A stretch of 56,654 bases of DNA from Sarea resinae (Eukaryota): NCBI GenBank assembly GCA_026026165.1, contig JAPEUD010000018.1:310001-366654 (forward strand). The letters run 5' to 3'. A program made the translations under genes and the position numbers. The notes beneath the pieces are model-generated. The model saw nothing but the letters and a program-made list of their open reading frames with translations. It was not told the DNA's origin and did no database searches. Positions within the stretch are counted from its first letter, which is position 1; every line of letters begins with the position of its first letter. This document shows positions 27,091-38,256 of the stretch, piece after piece.

Positions 27091-28782
27091 CTAGTCGCGT
27101 CTCGACTTGACCGACCGCCATTCTATCAACGAACTCCCAATCATCGTCGCACACGCCAGCCCAACCACCAGATACCATGTCTGGATGAGGCTTTTGTCGA
27201 TGGCCATGAGAGCCTCTCTTGAATCGGCCGGCGGCACGCTCTTCACAATCTGTGCCAGGCCTATGTTCTCAATATTCGTTCCATTCAGACCCGGCACGAG
27301 ACCACTGAGATTGGCCGAGAGCTGATTCACGAACAAAACCTGTGCAACGGCGACTGCCACAGCCGGGCCGAAAGACTGTGCGAACAGCATGACGGAGGTG
27401 CCGAGTGGGACGTCCTCCACGGGTAGCACCGTTTGCACGGCGTTCTGCGGTCCTGAGAAGCCAATGCCGTAGGCGAGGCCGGACAAGCCGGTGTAGATGA
27501 TCAGCTGCGCAAAGCTAGTGTTGATTTTGAACGTGGTGATAAGGCCAGCGGCAATGGGCATTATAGTCGAGGCAAAGAGCATAAATGGCGCGTAGTAGCC
27601 GAAGGCGCTTGTCCCGAGGCCGTGAACGAGCGTGCCAACGGTGGCGGCGATGATGATAGGGAGCATCATGTAACCGCTTTTGGCGGGAGTATATCCACGA
27701 ACGACTTGGTAGTAAGTAGGCAGATAATATTCGAGCACGTTGCCAGTGCTGTTACCGAACATTATGAAAATACATCCCGCGATAACGCTGCGGCGCTTCA
27801 TAATACGTAGAGGTAGGGCAGCGGCGTCCCCTCGACGTATTTGATTGTAGGCAAAGACGGTTATAAGGACGGCAAAGGCAACAAGAGGACCGATCACTGC
27901 GCCACTGTTCCAGGAATACTTCGTGCCGGCCCACGAGAATGCGAGGAAGAGGCTAGTCAGTGCCGGGATGAAGAGCAGGTTGCTAACCAGGTCGAGTTGC
28001 GAGATCTTCTGCTTGAGGACCATGCGGGCAACGTCGCTAGGTTTCGGTGTATCCGAGTAACAGCACATAGTCAACAACAGCGTAACGGCACCGATAGGCG
28101 GGTTGATGTAGAAGCACCATCGCCAGCCAAGTGACTGCGTAAGGGCCCCACCAAGGAGTGGTGCGGCTAGCGTAGCCACGCCTTCGACGGCGCCCATCGC
28201 GCTGGTGAACATGGGCCGTCTGCGTAGCGGTGTCGATTGCACGAGGATGACGAAGCACCCTGAAAGAAGACCAGCAGAGCCCAGTCCAGCAATGGCCCTC
28301 CCAACGACAAGCATGGTCGACGTGATCGCCGCCCCGCAGAGCAGCGAGCCTACTATGGAGATTGCATTGGCAAGCAAGAAGACGCGCTTGATAGAGAACA
28401 CCTTGTACGCCTTGCCGAACACAAACTGGAAGGCGCATGAGCAGAGCCTGAACGCGGAAGAATACCAGCCGACATCTGCGACGGTGTGGAAGTAGTCGGT
28501 TATGCTGGGCACGGCCGTGGCTACGATGTTCATGTCTATGCTGCTAAGGACGAGGACCGCAGCCAGATTGAGCATGAGGAGCCAGAGCTTCGCGCCGCTT
28601 GGGTACTCGGCTTCTCCAGGCAAGCGGGCGGGGTCAGATATCTCGCCGACCGTGGTCTCCTGCGCGACCTGGGTCGAGCGGCTTGTAGAACCGCGAAATC
28701 CATTACCGTCTGCGTCGCGCGGAATCCGGGTCATCGCATGTCCTTCGTCAACTGCGACTTCTGTCGTCGTTGAAGAGGCCAT
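27091..28782 (-). CDS. MFS 14-TM efflux pump (DHA2; ToxA/AflT-like), intronless
   Basis: Uninterrupted 563-aa ORF with DMNIVATAVPSIT, VGWYSSAF, GRAIAGLGSAG, WRWCFYIN, YYLPTYYQVVRG and C-terminal EWRSVK. Confidence 0.93.
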   Translation of the reverse strand: MASSTTTEVAVDEGHAMTRIPRDADGNGFRGSTSRSTQVAQETTVGEISDPARLPGEAEYPSGAKLWLLMLNLAAVLVLSSIDMNIVATAVPSITDYFHTVADVGWYSSAFRLCSCAFQFVFGKAYKVFSIKRVFLLANAISIVGSLLCGAAITSTMLVVGRAIAGLGSAGLLSGCFVILVQSTPLRRRPMFTSAMGAVEGVATLAAPLLGGALTQSLGWRWCFYINPPIGAVTLLLTMCCYSDTPKPSDVARMVLKQKISQLDLVSNLLFIPALTSLFLAFSWAGTKYSWNSGAVIGPLVAFAVLITVFAYNQIRRGDAAALPLRIMKRRSVIAGCIFIMFGNSTGNVLEYYLPTYYQVVRGYTPAKSGYMMLPIIIAATVGTLVHGLGTSAFGYYAPFMLFASTIMPIAAGLITTFKINTSFAQLIIYTGLSGLAYGIGFSGPQNAVQTVLPVEDVPLGTSVMLFAQSFGPAVAVAVAQVLFVNQLSANLSGLVPGLNGTNIENIGLAQIVKSVPPADSREALMAIDKSLIQTWYLVVGLACATMIGSSLIEWRSVKSRRD

Positions 28783-29461
28783 TGTGGGGGAAGCGATCAG
28801 GTAGGATGAAACTATTCTCGGTGTGATGGGGAATGGGAGGAACAGAGCGGAAGAGATGGCGGAGTTTATTAGATGTATACATGCTGAATGGTCGTGCGGC
28901 TAGCATTACGAACCTCTAAGTTTCTACCGTTGGAACTTATCGTGACAGATAGTCGTCAAATATACTACTACCGTCCAGATGAAGGAATAAATAGTATCGT
29001 AATTTTGTGATAGTCTATTATTTTGATATATATGCACTATTCATGTAAAAACACTGTGTCGTTAAATGAATAAGGATCAGCTAGACGAGCTAAATGTAGT
29101 AGTTTCAAAGTGTATATAGATGTCCTTGTTCGAGGATCAAGATTCACAAATTAACGAGGAATCGGCATGTGATCCCTGCCTGAGCAGAACGCTGAAAATA
29201 CTCATGTTGTGCGTTTAACCTCGTCTCAAGCAATTTTTATGCCTCAGATGTGAGTAGAGTTGTCCTAGCAAGGCGTTGTACGAAGCTATGGTACAAATTT
29301 CCCGACATTGGACTTCTCACGTAAATTGACACTGACTCATAATACCGAGAGTGCAGATTTGTACGATAGCTATCTGTAATTGTAGCTGACTGAGCATCTT
29401 CGCCTGCCTGTTTATTCATCACAAACAGCCGACTGCCTAAACCTCATTGCTGTCCCGCTTT

Positions 29462-29560
29462 TCATCCGCATCATCCTCATCATCATCATCGTCATCATTA
29501 TCATCATCATCATCGTCATCATCATCATCATCATCATCATCTTCTTCTTCTTCTTCATCC
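29462..29560. repeat. (TCA)n/(TCT)n trinucleotide microsatellite, reading poly-Asp/Glu on the minus strand
   Basis: Imperfect run of tca/tcg/tct triplets; forms the acidic tail of the unexplained minus ORF 29437-29856. Confidence 0.85.
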
Positions 29561-30684
29561 TGCACATCTTCCACATTATTCCTACCAGCTACCCGAGCCC
29601 GCCCTGGCACAAGCATTGCCTCTTGAATATCACCATAGTCGACAAAGTTTCTTCTGCGGCAAGAGTCGAAGATTCCCCCCCAGAGTATCAAGTAAACCTT
29701 CTTTGCCGTGCTTTCTTTGACGATGGAGCCAATTTCCCCCTGCCGTTGTGCCAATTGCAAATCGCGTCCTTCCATTTCTATAAACTCGACTTCTTCCTCC
29801 GTCCTGCGACATCTATTCTCTGGTCCGAGCAAAGAAAAGCTCATCATCAAAAACATAGATCATGCTCTAATGAACCTAGATGTAGTACAACAGGTTCTCA
29901 ATCCCAGTCCTTGCGAATTGATTTGATTTATTGGAGTTGTCCTTCTCTTGCCGGATTCACTCTCCCATCGGCAGACGTTGGTCGATAAAATGCAAGAGCT
30001 TTGAGTAAGGTTGCGAAATTAGGCATTGCGACCATGCAACTGTTGAGATTGGTGTTAGCTTGGTCTGGAGTGATGGAGTAATTAGACATGCTTCAGACGT
30101 GACTTGTTGTTCTGCGGTAAAGATGAGCAGATGCAAGCTTGGGATCCACGTAGTGCGCAAACTGATTGAGCCAGAGAGAGAGACAGAAGTAGGCCAACCG
30201 GCGGTAAATTTGCGAAAGACGAGATCATAACAGGTGGGAGGCGATGCATTGACGAACTGGCGAGGTGTAGGTCGCTCAACAAGGAGTTCTAATTGTGCGC
30301 AGGTATCAACTTTCACGATGACTAGAAATTGCTTTCACTCGCCCACTGGTCCACAATTAGTCGAGACCATTTCACATTCACTACTAGGTAGCTGAAGCTC
30401 TGACCGTACATTCACGCGCTCCGCTCAAGTCACTCAACTTGACCTCAACAAACTACCTGTACCTAATCGACCAATCCTTCCACGCATTTTATCCATCCTT
30501 GACCGCCACCAAGATCAATAAAAGTCTTGTGTAAGGACCAGTAAACAGGCAAACCTGTTCCTACGTGCGCCAAAAAGACTACTTCAACCCGGCTCATCCG
30601 GGCTATGCCTATTCGCCTACTATATAGCAGCGCACCTCACATCTTGCGTCTCATAAGCCGACCTTCTTACTCATAGTGGATGGA

Positions 30685-31880
30685 ATGTCGCTCTCAGTGG
30701 ACACTCTCGTCAAATAGACTCACTCTTTGACTTATGGCTTCATCATCGAGGGAATAGTCTTCCGCCATCTCCAGGATCCGCGATATGCTATTATCAGGAC
30801 TGAAGAGTTCGCTACATGTGACGGCGCGATCTTCAAGGAGGAAATGACGAACTTGACCTCTTCGTCATGGAATGATCGTCGACAGCGCGCGATGCAATCC
30901 TTGGACCAAAAACTTTTCATTGCTTTCGACGTAAAGCGCGAAGGCCTCAGACTAGTAGGCGTGGTCGTCGGTTGGCCTATTCGAGTCCGGGTTCGGCCGA
31001 AGCCTCGGTCCAGATCCTCCAGAACGCTCAATTTCTTATCATCATATGGGAGGCAAATCCAACATACGTCGCATTTGTCCCAATGACATCGTACGGCCAG
31101 ATCGATATAATCATAGGCGCTCTGTCTAGTAACATCATGCAGTACTGTATCACACCTCCTCACCTACAGCCCTTTGCCTTCCTGGTCGAACTCCTGAGAG
31201 GCGATCAATCAAATCAGGAATATCGCGCTTACAGGAAGCGGCGAGTATGTTGTGCCTAGTTCACTACTGAAGCTGCCACTATTCAAACCGTGGTTCGTAA
31301 AAGGTCACGCTTTGAGATACTCCCCCACCAGCAGTACTAATATCAGCCCTGACAATATCTCGTGGGAGGACATTGAATGGATTTACGCCGCGATACAGGG
31401 ATCTCTATTACCAATTCAATGCGAGATTGGGACTTTTAAACACTTATAGCCAGTGCCGTCGATGGTCCAGTGGTCCAAATAGTCTAATTGGTCTAAATGG
31501 TATGGTCGAATAGTCTGGTCCAAGGGTCCTGAACCGACTATTTGGACCATTGGCAGCACTGCTTATAGCAGACTTTGTTCTGATCTGGATAGAGAAGAGA
31601 TTCTATGTTGAGCATAGGGTTTGCCGCTTCTACAAAACAGAGGATATGACCCTGTATATCTCTTTACGTGGCATTTGGTTTAACGCGGATAGGAGATGGG
31701 ATTTCATTTGTTTGCATAATAAGACTATTCGCCCAAACGTGGCGTACTGCTTTCCGCGCGATTACATCCCTGACTACTGGTGGTTGCAACTATCTTCTCA
31801 TATATACGTCCCACTGGAAGAGTCCAGAAAGTTTCGACTTGTGCTTGACAGTGGAGGGACTTGGTGAAAAGCTCCGCTGA
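30685..31880 (+). pseudogene. Fragmented gene of unknown family inside the inverted repeats
   Basis: ATG 30685 (MSLSVDTLVK*THSLTYGFIIEG) is in frame with ORF 30727; further pieces at 30972, 31252 and 31550. Stops, frameshifts and a MITE insertion. Confidence 0.45.
31451..31561. mobile_element. 111-bp non-autonomous hAT-type MITE
   Basis: Ends CAGTGCCGTCGATGGTCCA / TGGACCATTGGCAGCACTG form an imperfect TIR. Exact 8-bp TSD CTTATAGC at 31443-31450 and 31562-31569; internal TGGTC repeats. Confidence 0.88.
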
Positions 31881-33243
31881 TTACTCTAAAAATACTAGAA
31901 TGCGCGTGGCACTCCTCCCACCAGGGCACGAGCTGTTAGTGACTCGATCAACAAACAGCGCTCTGAAGATAGAGACTCTGATAGCCCTAAGACCAGTGAT
32001 GAGGAAGATGCCAGCACAATTGAGCAGCATCTGACTAGGGCATCTCTCCTGGAAAGACTACTTGCATTATTTTGTTACATGGTACAACAATGTGCTATCA
32101 AGTGAGTCTTCCCCTAATGATATGGAATAGTACACTAATACTGACGGCAGGAAGGTTAATCCGGAAGTATTTATCCTTTGCTACGTGAGCACCCTTGGGG
32201 GAACTAGGTGTTTACGGATTTCACGTGGTCTTACCTTGATCAGAAGTGTGAGGCGCGCTGCTATATAGTAGGCAAATAGGCATAGCCCGGACGAGTTGGG
32301 TTATAGTAGTCTTTTTGGATGGCTCAGGTAGCAACAGGTTTGCCTGTTTACTGGTCCTTACAAGAAGCTATTTTTCAAACGAAAATTTTGCTAAGCCACA
32401 TCAATCAACAAACAACTGCAACTGGCTCCGATGTCGGGATCATACTGGTTGTTCGCAATTTGACGACACAGAACTACCTACAATATGAGGCTGGCAGACG
32501 ACGCTTAGCTACTTGGTGTCTGAGGTGTTGGTAGTGGTCCTTTTCGTCAGTCGCGACTGCTGACCGTCTATTCAGTGGAATTGCTTCAATTCGGCGGTGC
32601 TTATGTCGAAATACAATATGTAGACGAATTAGAAGCAAGTCCTTGAGGGCGCGCTACCCTTTTGGCTTGTTGTCCGACGATCTATCGTGCCTGACTTCGT
32701 ACGTGTGCTTGGATTGAGATCAACAGCAGATCAACTGCGGCTGTGCTCGTATCGGCCTCGTATTTCGTATCTGTCGGGCATGGGAATGGCTGGCTGACTC
32801 GGCTCGCGTATCACCAATCCGCGACCGCGGGAGGAACTCGATTCGGGAAGGGTCAGCCCTCAGCCCTACGGCAGAATCCCTATGACGGCACGGCACGAAC
32901 GCGAGCCCCGGACGGATGCGGCTTCAGCTAAGCCACTACCTTAGTCTCCAGCTGTTGATTTATCTGGTGATTACGGGCCATGTTGATCGCTTGTCCATCT
33001 GGCTCGTACCTTGTCCAATTAGCTTGTTGCTATTAGCTCCTCTGATTCTATTCTCGTCTCTCACATAGCAGAGTCGTCTTCACCCAACTCTGTCTCCGAA
33101 AGACATAAGAAGGTGCGCTTGGAACCTCTTGGTGGAACAACAACAACCAAAAGCCAATCCGTCTGCCTTTTCCTCCACTTGTCGACATATTGAAATATAC
33201 ACGGCCACCTATTGTCTCCGGAAAAGCAAAACCAAGCACAACG

Positions 33244-33692
33244 ATGCACGCTATAAGCATCCTCCTCCCGCTTGTTGCAGCGGCCACGGCCGTAAAGGCA
33301 CTCGATTTTAAAGTGGTCGCGGCTGTATTTGAAGCTCACGGGTAAGACCCCGACCTCCCGCAAAAGAGGAACACAACGTCTGACTGATTGATCTGCCCAC
33401 CAGCGCCCCTGGTCCGGTCGCTTATTCAAATAGCGCTAGCCCCTGCTGCAGCACTCCGGTGGACTTCGACGGAAGCTTTTGCGACGGTTCCCAGTTCAGC
33501 CTCGGGGGAGAGGACAACCTGACCTTTGCGGGGTGCGGATCTGGTAATGGGCTGTTTGGTACACCATCGCAGCTGCTCCAAGCTGATGTCGTCGTCGGCA
33601 CTTGCACCAACTATACCACCAATTATATTTGTGACGGCACATGCTCCGATACACATCCGCCAGAGTATGACGGGGTCGTCATCTGTGGTTGA
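33244..33692 (+). CDS. Small secreted cysteine-rich protein (~130 aa, 8 Cys), 1 intron
   Basis: Signal-peptide-like MHAISILLPLVAAATAVKA; intron GTAAGA(33342)...CTGAC...CAG(33403) joins in frame to the Cys-rich ORF ending VVICG* at 33692. Confidence 0.75.
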
Positions 33693-34554
33693 AGCGCAAA
33701 CTTCGATATTGCTTGCAGGAGATTTCGGTGTGACAGCGGATGGTCGAAGAATCTAGAAAGCGGTTACAATTTGAAGCTCGTGGGATAAAACAGGGTATGC
33801 GTATCGGAGTATGAACAGCGCTGGCTATAGATGCGGTCTTGGATGTCTGCCATGGAAGTCTTATGGAAGTCTTGCAATATTAGCTCATAAAAGTATCGAT
33901 CTATACTGATAGTCATTTTGAACAATCAGTTTCGGGTCTCTGATTAGAAAAGAAAGCAGTCACCTTGTATTGTCCTTTGTCTTGTGAAAAGCTATTTCTG
34001 TGTGAGCAACGATAGAGAGCATGAGATGTCAGTACGGTTGCGCTTGGGTTGCACTTATTTCACCAGTCCTTCGCCCGTCGCAGAGACCGTCACCAAGCCA
34101 ATTGCATAGTAATGTGCGATCTTTAAAGATACCAACGAGCATGGGCGCCGATCAGGCTAGATTGCCGCTATACTGCCGTGCGATGCCCCTAGCGAGGTCG
34201 ACACTATCAGGCCGTGCTTCGAATAAAATGCCGACAGACGCCGCAAAACCTCATGTTACTATTTACTTGACCCTGAACTATGTCGAAAACGAACAATCAG
34301 CTATAGTTGAGCATCATCTAACGGACGTCCGGTCACTTCGAAAGGCTAAAAGCAATTTGAGTGAGGGAATAAAAGCTTTCAGGAGAGGATATTTTCAGAT
34401 ATGGACAGACTTGCTCCATGTCCTCACTAGCTCAGTGTGAAATCAACCACGTTACTCATTAAACAAGACACAAGATGCAAGGGCCGCTTCTATATAAACG
34501 TCCAAGGAGACGTTTTGTTGGTCGCAGGAAGGAGCTTCCCATAATCTCCGGCCT

Positions 34555-35346
34555 CTACTTCTTCAGTCCCGACGGAGTCTGATCGAGGAAACCATTGAAT
34601 GTAAAAACACCGTTCTGAACCACTTCGGTGACCACACCGCTTTCCTTCAAAGGCTCAAACAGGTCTTTATAAACGCCTCGCCCCTCTCGGGCATTGGCAG
34701 CTGAGGTATTGGAGAATCTGTAGACAGTGAGCTCGATTATTCATAACATGCAATATAGCTTACCTTTCCCATAGCGTGATCAGAGTCGGGTCGTCCTGTT
34801 CTTTGAGGTATGCCGAGCTCCAGACATCCGGATTTTCCTTTGCTGCTTTTGTAAAATCTGCAAGGTGTGGGAATACCGACTCCCGCTTGCCTTCGGCAGT
34901 ATAGATATGCGTGACTTTGACGTACGTCTCCAACGCGTCGGCATTCTTGTCGCCAGCACGCTTGAACCAACCGCCTTCGAAGTCATAGCGGTGAAGCTCT
35001 GGATCCCCGGACAATAGCTTCTCGCCTTCGACCTTTTTGAACTCATTCTTGAAAGTATCAGAGGACGGATGATCGATGTCAAAACCTTCAGCGTCTAAAT
35101 ATCCTTCGATGCCCCACATCAAGTCTTTCGAACCGGTCTCGGATTTTCCCCAATAATAAGTCACAGCCTTCGGCTCGGTTTTGGCGACCCCGATCAAGGG
35201 AACGAGGATTTCCTTCCACTGGGGGAGACAGTCAGTGTCAATGGTATATTTCAGGTGTCTGGGGCTGCTGGGAATACCCTTGGGAGGCCATTTTCGGAAG
35301 CCTGCACCTTGGCTATCACGTAGAAACGATAATTGGGATCGGACAT
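34555..35346 (-). CDS. Tandem dimeric alpha/beta-barrel (ABM / quinol-monooxygenase-like) protein, 3 exons
   Basis: MSDPNYRFYVIAKVQ..., EPKAVTYYWG, IEGY...H, second repeat KENPDVWSSAYL...ITLWERF; two GT-AG introns; stop 34555-34557. Confidence 0.75.
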
Positions 35347-36171
35347 GGCTGTGTAAATACAAGCGTCAGGCGGTTTGGGATGACTGAAGAGAGGAGAATT
35401 ATCGTCTATCCGTTATCGTTCTCTCGTTCCGCTTCATCTTGTCTTTATATGGACATTTCGAAGGGGAGAGGTTGGATTGCCGGAATTGCCTGGTCCGAAG
35501 CGTTAGAATGAGCAAGGTTTCTTAAAACGCAACCTGACGCTTTTGGAAAATGGACTGGGGCCAGTGGGGTTTCAACAAAGTGATACCGAACGCTCCAGCA
35601 GAGGGCGTTCCTCCGATCTGGGTGGGGAAATTGATCCGAGAGGTTGACGTGACCGGCTTCGAAAAGCGGATGGAGAAGTCTCCAGCACTGAGGGGCACTG
35701 TTTCGACCAAGAAGGACATGATGTCGACATGGATTTAGTCGAGAATGATACACGGATTACTATCCCAGCTGCCGCACTATAGAGAATATATCATGGGTCC
35801 ATGTCACAGACGCCAAACCTACATACCACCCTATATCCATGGATGCACCCCACATATCTACGGAAGAGCGTTACCGAACTCCTACAGCCTTCATGACCTT
35901 CTCTAGTGCGAAGTTAGGGCTAAAGGATCCTCTCTTACCGTTCGGTACCGCCGGTGCAATTGCAGCGAGCGGATTTGATCATCCTCTCCGCACACCCCGC
36001 ATCGGATCCGGACGTGTACATGCAGGTCTGGCGACATCTTGGCTGGAAGCCAGGAGGCGAGCGTCTTACATCTTAGAATACGAATGCAGTTATTTCAGTC
36101 ATCCAGAGCAGAGAGCCAAAGTAAGATTATCCCTAGCCCCCTCGACCACGCCAGAAACCACGATATTCAAC

Positions 36172-37084
36172 ATGCCTTTCGGAGACTTCCCTATCCACAA
36201 CAAGATCGTTGTCATCACCGGTGCTGGATCAGGCATCAACCTCGCCTTTGCACGGCTGGTGCATGAGAAAGGCGCACGTGTGGTTATTGGTGACATCCGT
36301 CTTAACGAAGACGCAGAGGCATTCGTCAAGAAAGAGGGCGTCATATTCGTCAAGTGTGATGTTGCCAAAAGAGCGGATCTGCAAGATCTCATTACGGTAG
36401 CGGAGAAGGAGTATGGGGACGTGCCTGACGTATATGTGCCGGGCGCTGGAGTGTGCGAGCCGGCATGGTCGAATTTCTATGACGATACCGAAGAAGACGA
36501 CTACGCCCAGATCAACATCAACCTCGTCCATCCGCTCAAGTTCAGCCGGATGGCTATTCGGGCACTGCTAGGGAGGAACAAGAAGGGCGTCATCATGCTT
36601 GTCTCCTCGACGTCTGGAATTGCTGGCACGTATGCTCTACCTCTGTACTGCGCAACCAAGCACGGGCTCCTGGGCTTCGTCCGGTCGATGGTGGATTCGG
36701 ATCCCCTCGAGGGTGTCAAAGTGGTTGCCGTCTGTCCCGGGTACGCCTTTCGTTGATCGATGGCCTGCCTCGACAATGCTAATCAAGTGTAGGCTGACCC
36801 GAACGGCCATCTTTACACCTTCAATGATAGATCGGTTTGGTCTGAACGAGACCAACACGCTGGAGCCAGAGGTGGTGGCTAGCCGTATGGTAGACTTGGT
36901 CGAACTGGGCAAATATGAGGGTGGAACCATTCTCGAGGTTTCGGCAGCCTGGACCAGGACGGTTGGCACCTTCAACATTGCCGCGCCCGCAAGCGACGGC
37001 TCGGCGGTTCCGCCAGAAGCCATTGCGAGAAACAATGCTCCGATCGTCGAGTGCCTGAAGAGAGAGCGAGGCGTGCGGACGTAG
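36172..37084 (+). CDS. Classical short-chain dehydrogenase/reductase (15-PGDH-like), 1 intron
   Basis: TGAGSGI, KCDV, YCATK (YxxxK), then VCPG and a GT-AG intron. Confidence 0.9.
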
Positions 37085-37705
37085 AAGGGGAGCCATGGAA
37101 CAGATCAGATAGAAGGATAGACATGGATGGAGTGAATAGAGAGAGTCTAATCATACTTTACCTGAACGTACCATGATAATTGTCGAATCAATCAGTGTGC
37201 TTCAAGTACCAAGTGCCAAGTAAGGTACCAATCTACTTTGTGCCTCACCTTGAGGTAGGGAGGCGCCCGGTACCTTTAGTGGTCACTCTAGGCCCGTCAC
37301 TGCAGATGTCTCCGGACGTGCTGACAATAGGCTGGCCACCGGTCGTGGGCAGCGACCAGAACAGAGAGCAAGTGAAAGTGATGTGGGCATCGCTAGAGGA
37401 TGATGTTCATCTGGGACAACGAAAGGCCGATCGGCCGCTGATGAGATGCGGGGGTGGCAGGGTCAGTGGCAAGGCTGTGGCAGGGTTGGTGCAGGCTGCG
37501 GGGGGGCTGCCGGGTCCTGATTGTTCTCCTGTAATGCCTCTACTTCCTTAGCGCTATTTACCTTTTGCCTGTTGCAGATCGTCCCCGACACCCCCTAAGG
37601 GCGCGTCTTCATGCAGCACCCTGGCTGCTGCTCATCCGTGGATCCAGGGATGCTTGTTCGCTCGGTTGTAGCGTGTGGGATCTACTGCGCAGGACACCGG
37701 CGGCA

Positions 37706-37767
37706 CCAACAACACCACAACACGACGACGCCACCACAACACCATACACAACACCACAACACGAACG
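37706..37767. repeat. Low-complexity ACAACACC-type imperfect repeat
   Basis: caacaacaccacaacacgacgacgccaccacaacaccatacacaacaccacaacacg in intergenic DNA. Confidence 0.6.
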
Positions 37768-38256
37768 AAACCCAGAGACCTCTGGGTACTTAGGGGCACT
37801 GACTACTTAGGAGCACCGACCACACGGACCATACGGGAGGTACATCACTTGAATCAGAATCAATCGCTGGTGCGGGATGCCATATTCCACATTTTGTGGA
37901 CCCCACTCTGCCGTATCAACCGTTGGATGTCTGGTAGATCGTCCAAAGTTTGGCCGCAGGTCAATCACAGATCCCCCGGTCATTCCCCAGGTTTTAGAGG
38001 AGCCTGGCAAGCCTGGCAAACAACAGCGCCTGCTCTCCAACCCCACACTTCCCCAGCTTCTCCACACTCTGAGGCAACGTAAGCGGCTGAGCCAACTCTA
38101 CGGGTCGGCGGATGACCAGATATGGCCTTTATATACGATGCCTGGAAGACTTTCAATCAGTCTGATTCTTCCCGTGGTTGAAGGACGGAAATACCCTACT
38201 ATACACCATCGACCGAACTCGAGAGATTCGAAAGCAAACGCAACCAGCCATTCAGA

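Larger units (their letters stand above)
30530..32362. mobile_element. 1.8 kb segment bounded by ~115-bp imperfect inverted repeats, carrying a decayed gene
   Basis: 30530-30641 (TGTAAGGACCAGTAAACAGGCAAACCTGTT...GCCTACTATATAGCAGCGCACCTCACA) aligns to the reverse complement of 32247-32362 with scattered mismatches and one 4-bp indel. No TSD seen. Confidence 0.6.

Noticed and set aside
29437..30316. Minus-strand ORF fragments with a poly-Asp tail
   Set aside because: Possibly a decayed gene, but ORF length is partly due to the microsatellite and no family is recognisable.
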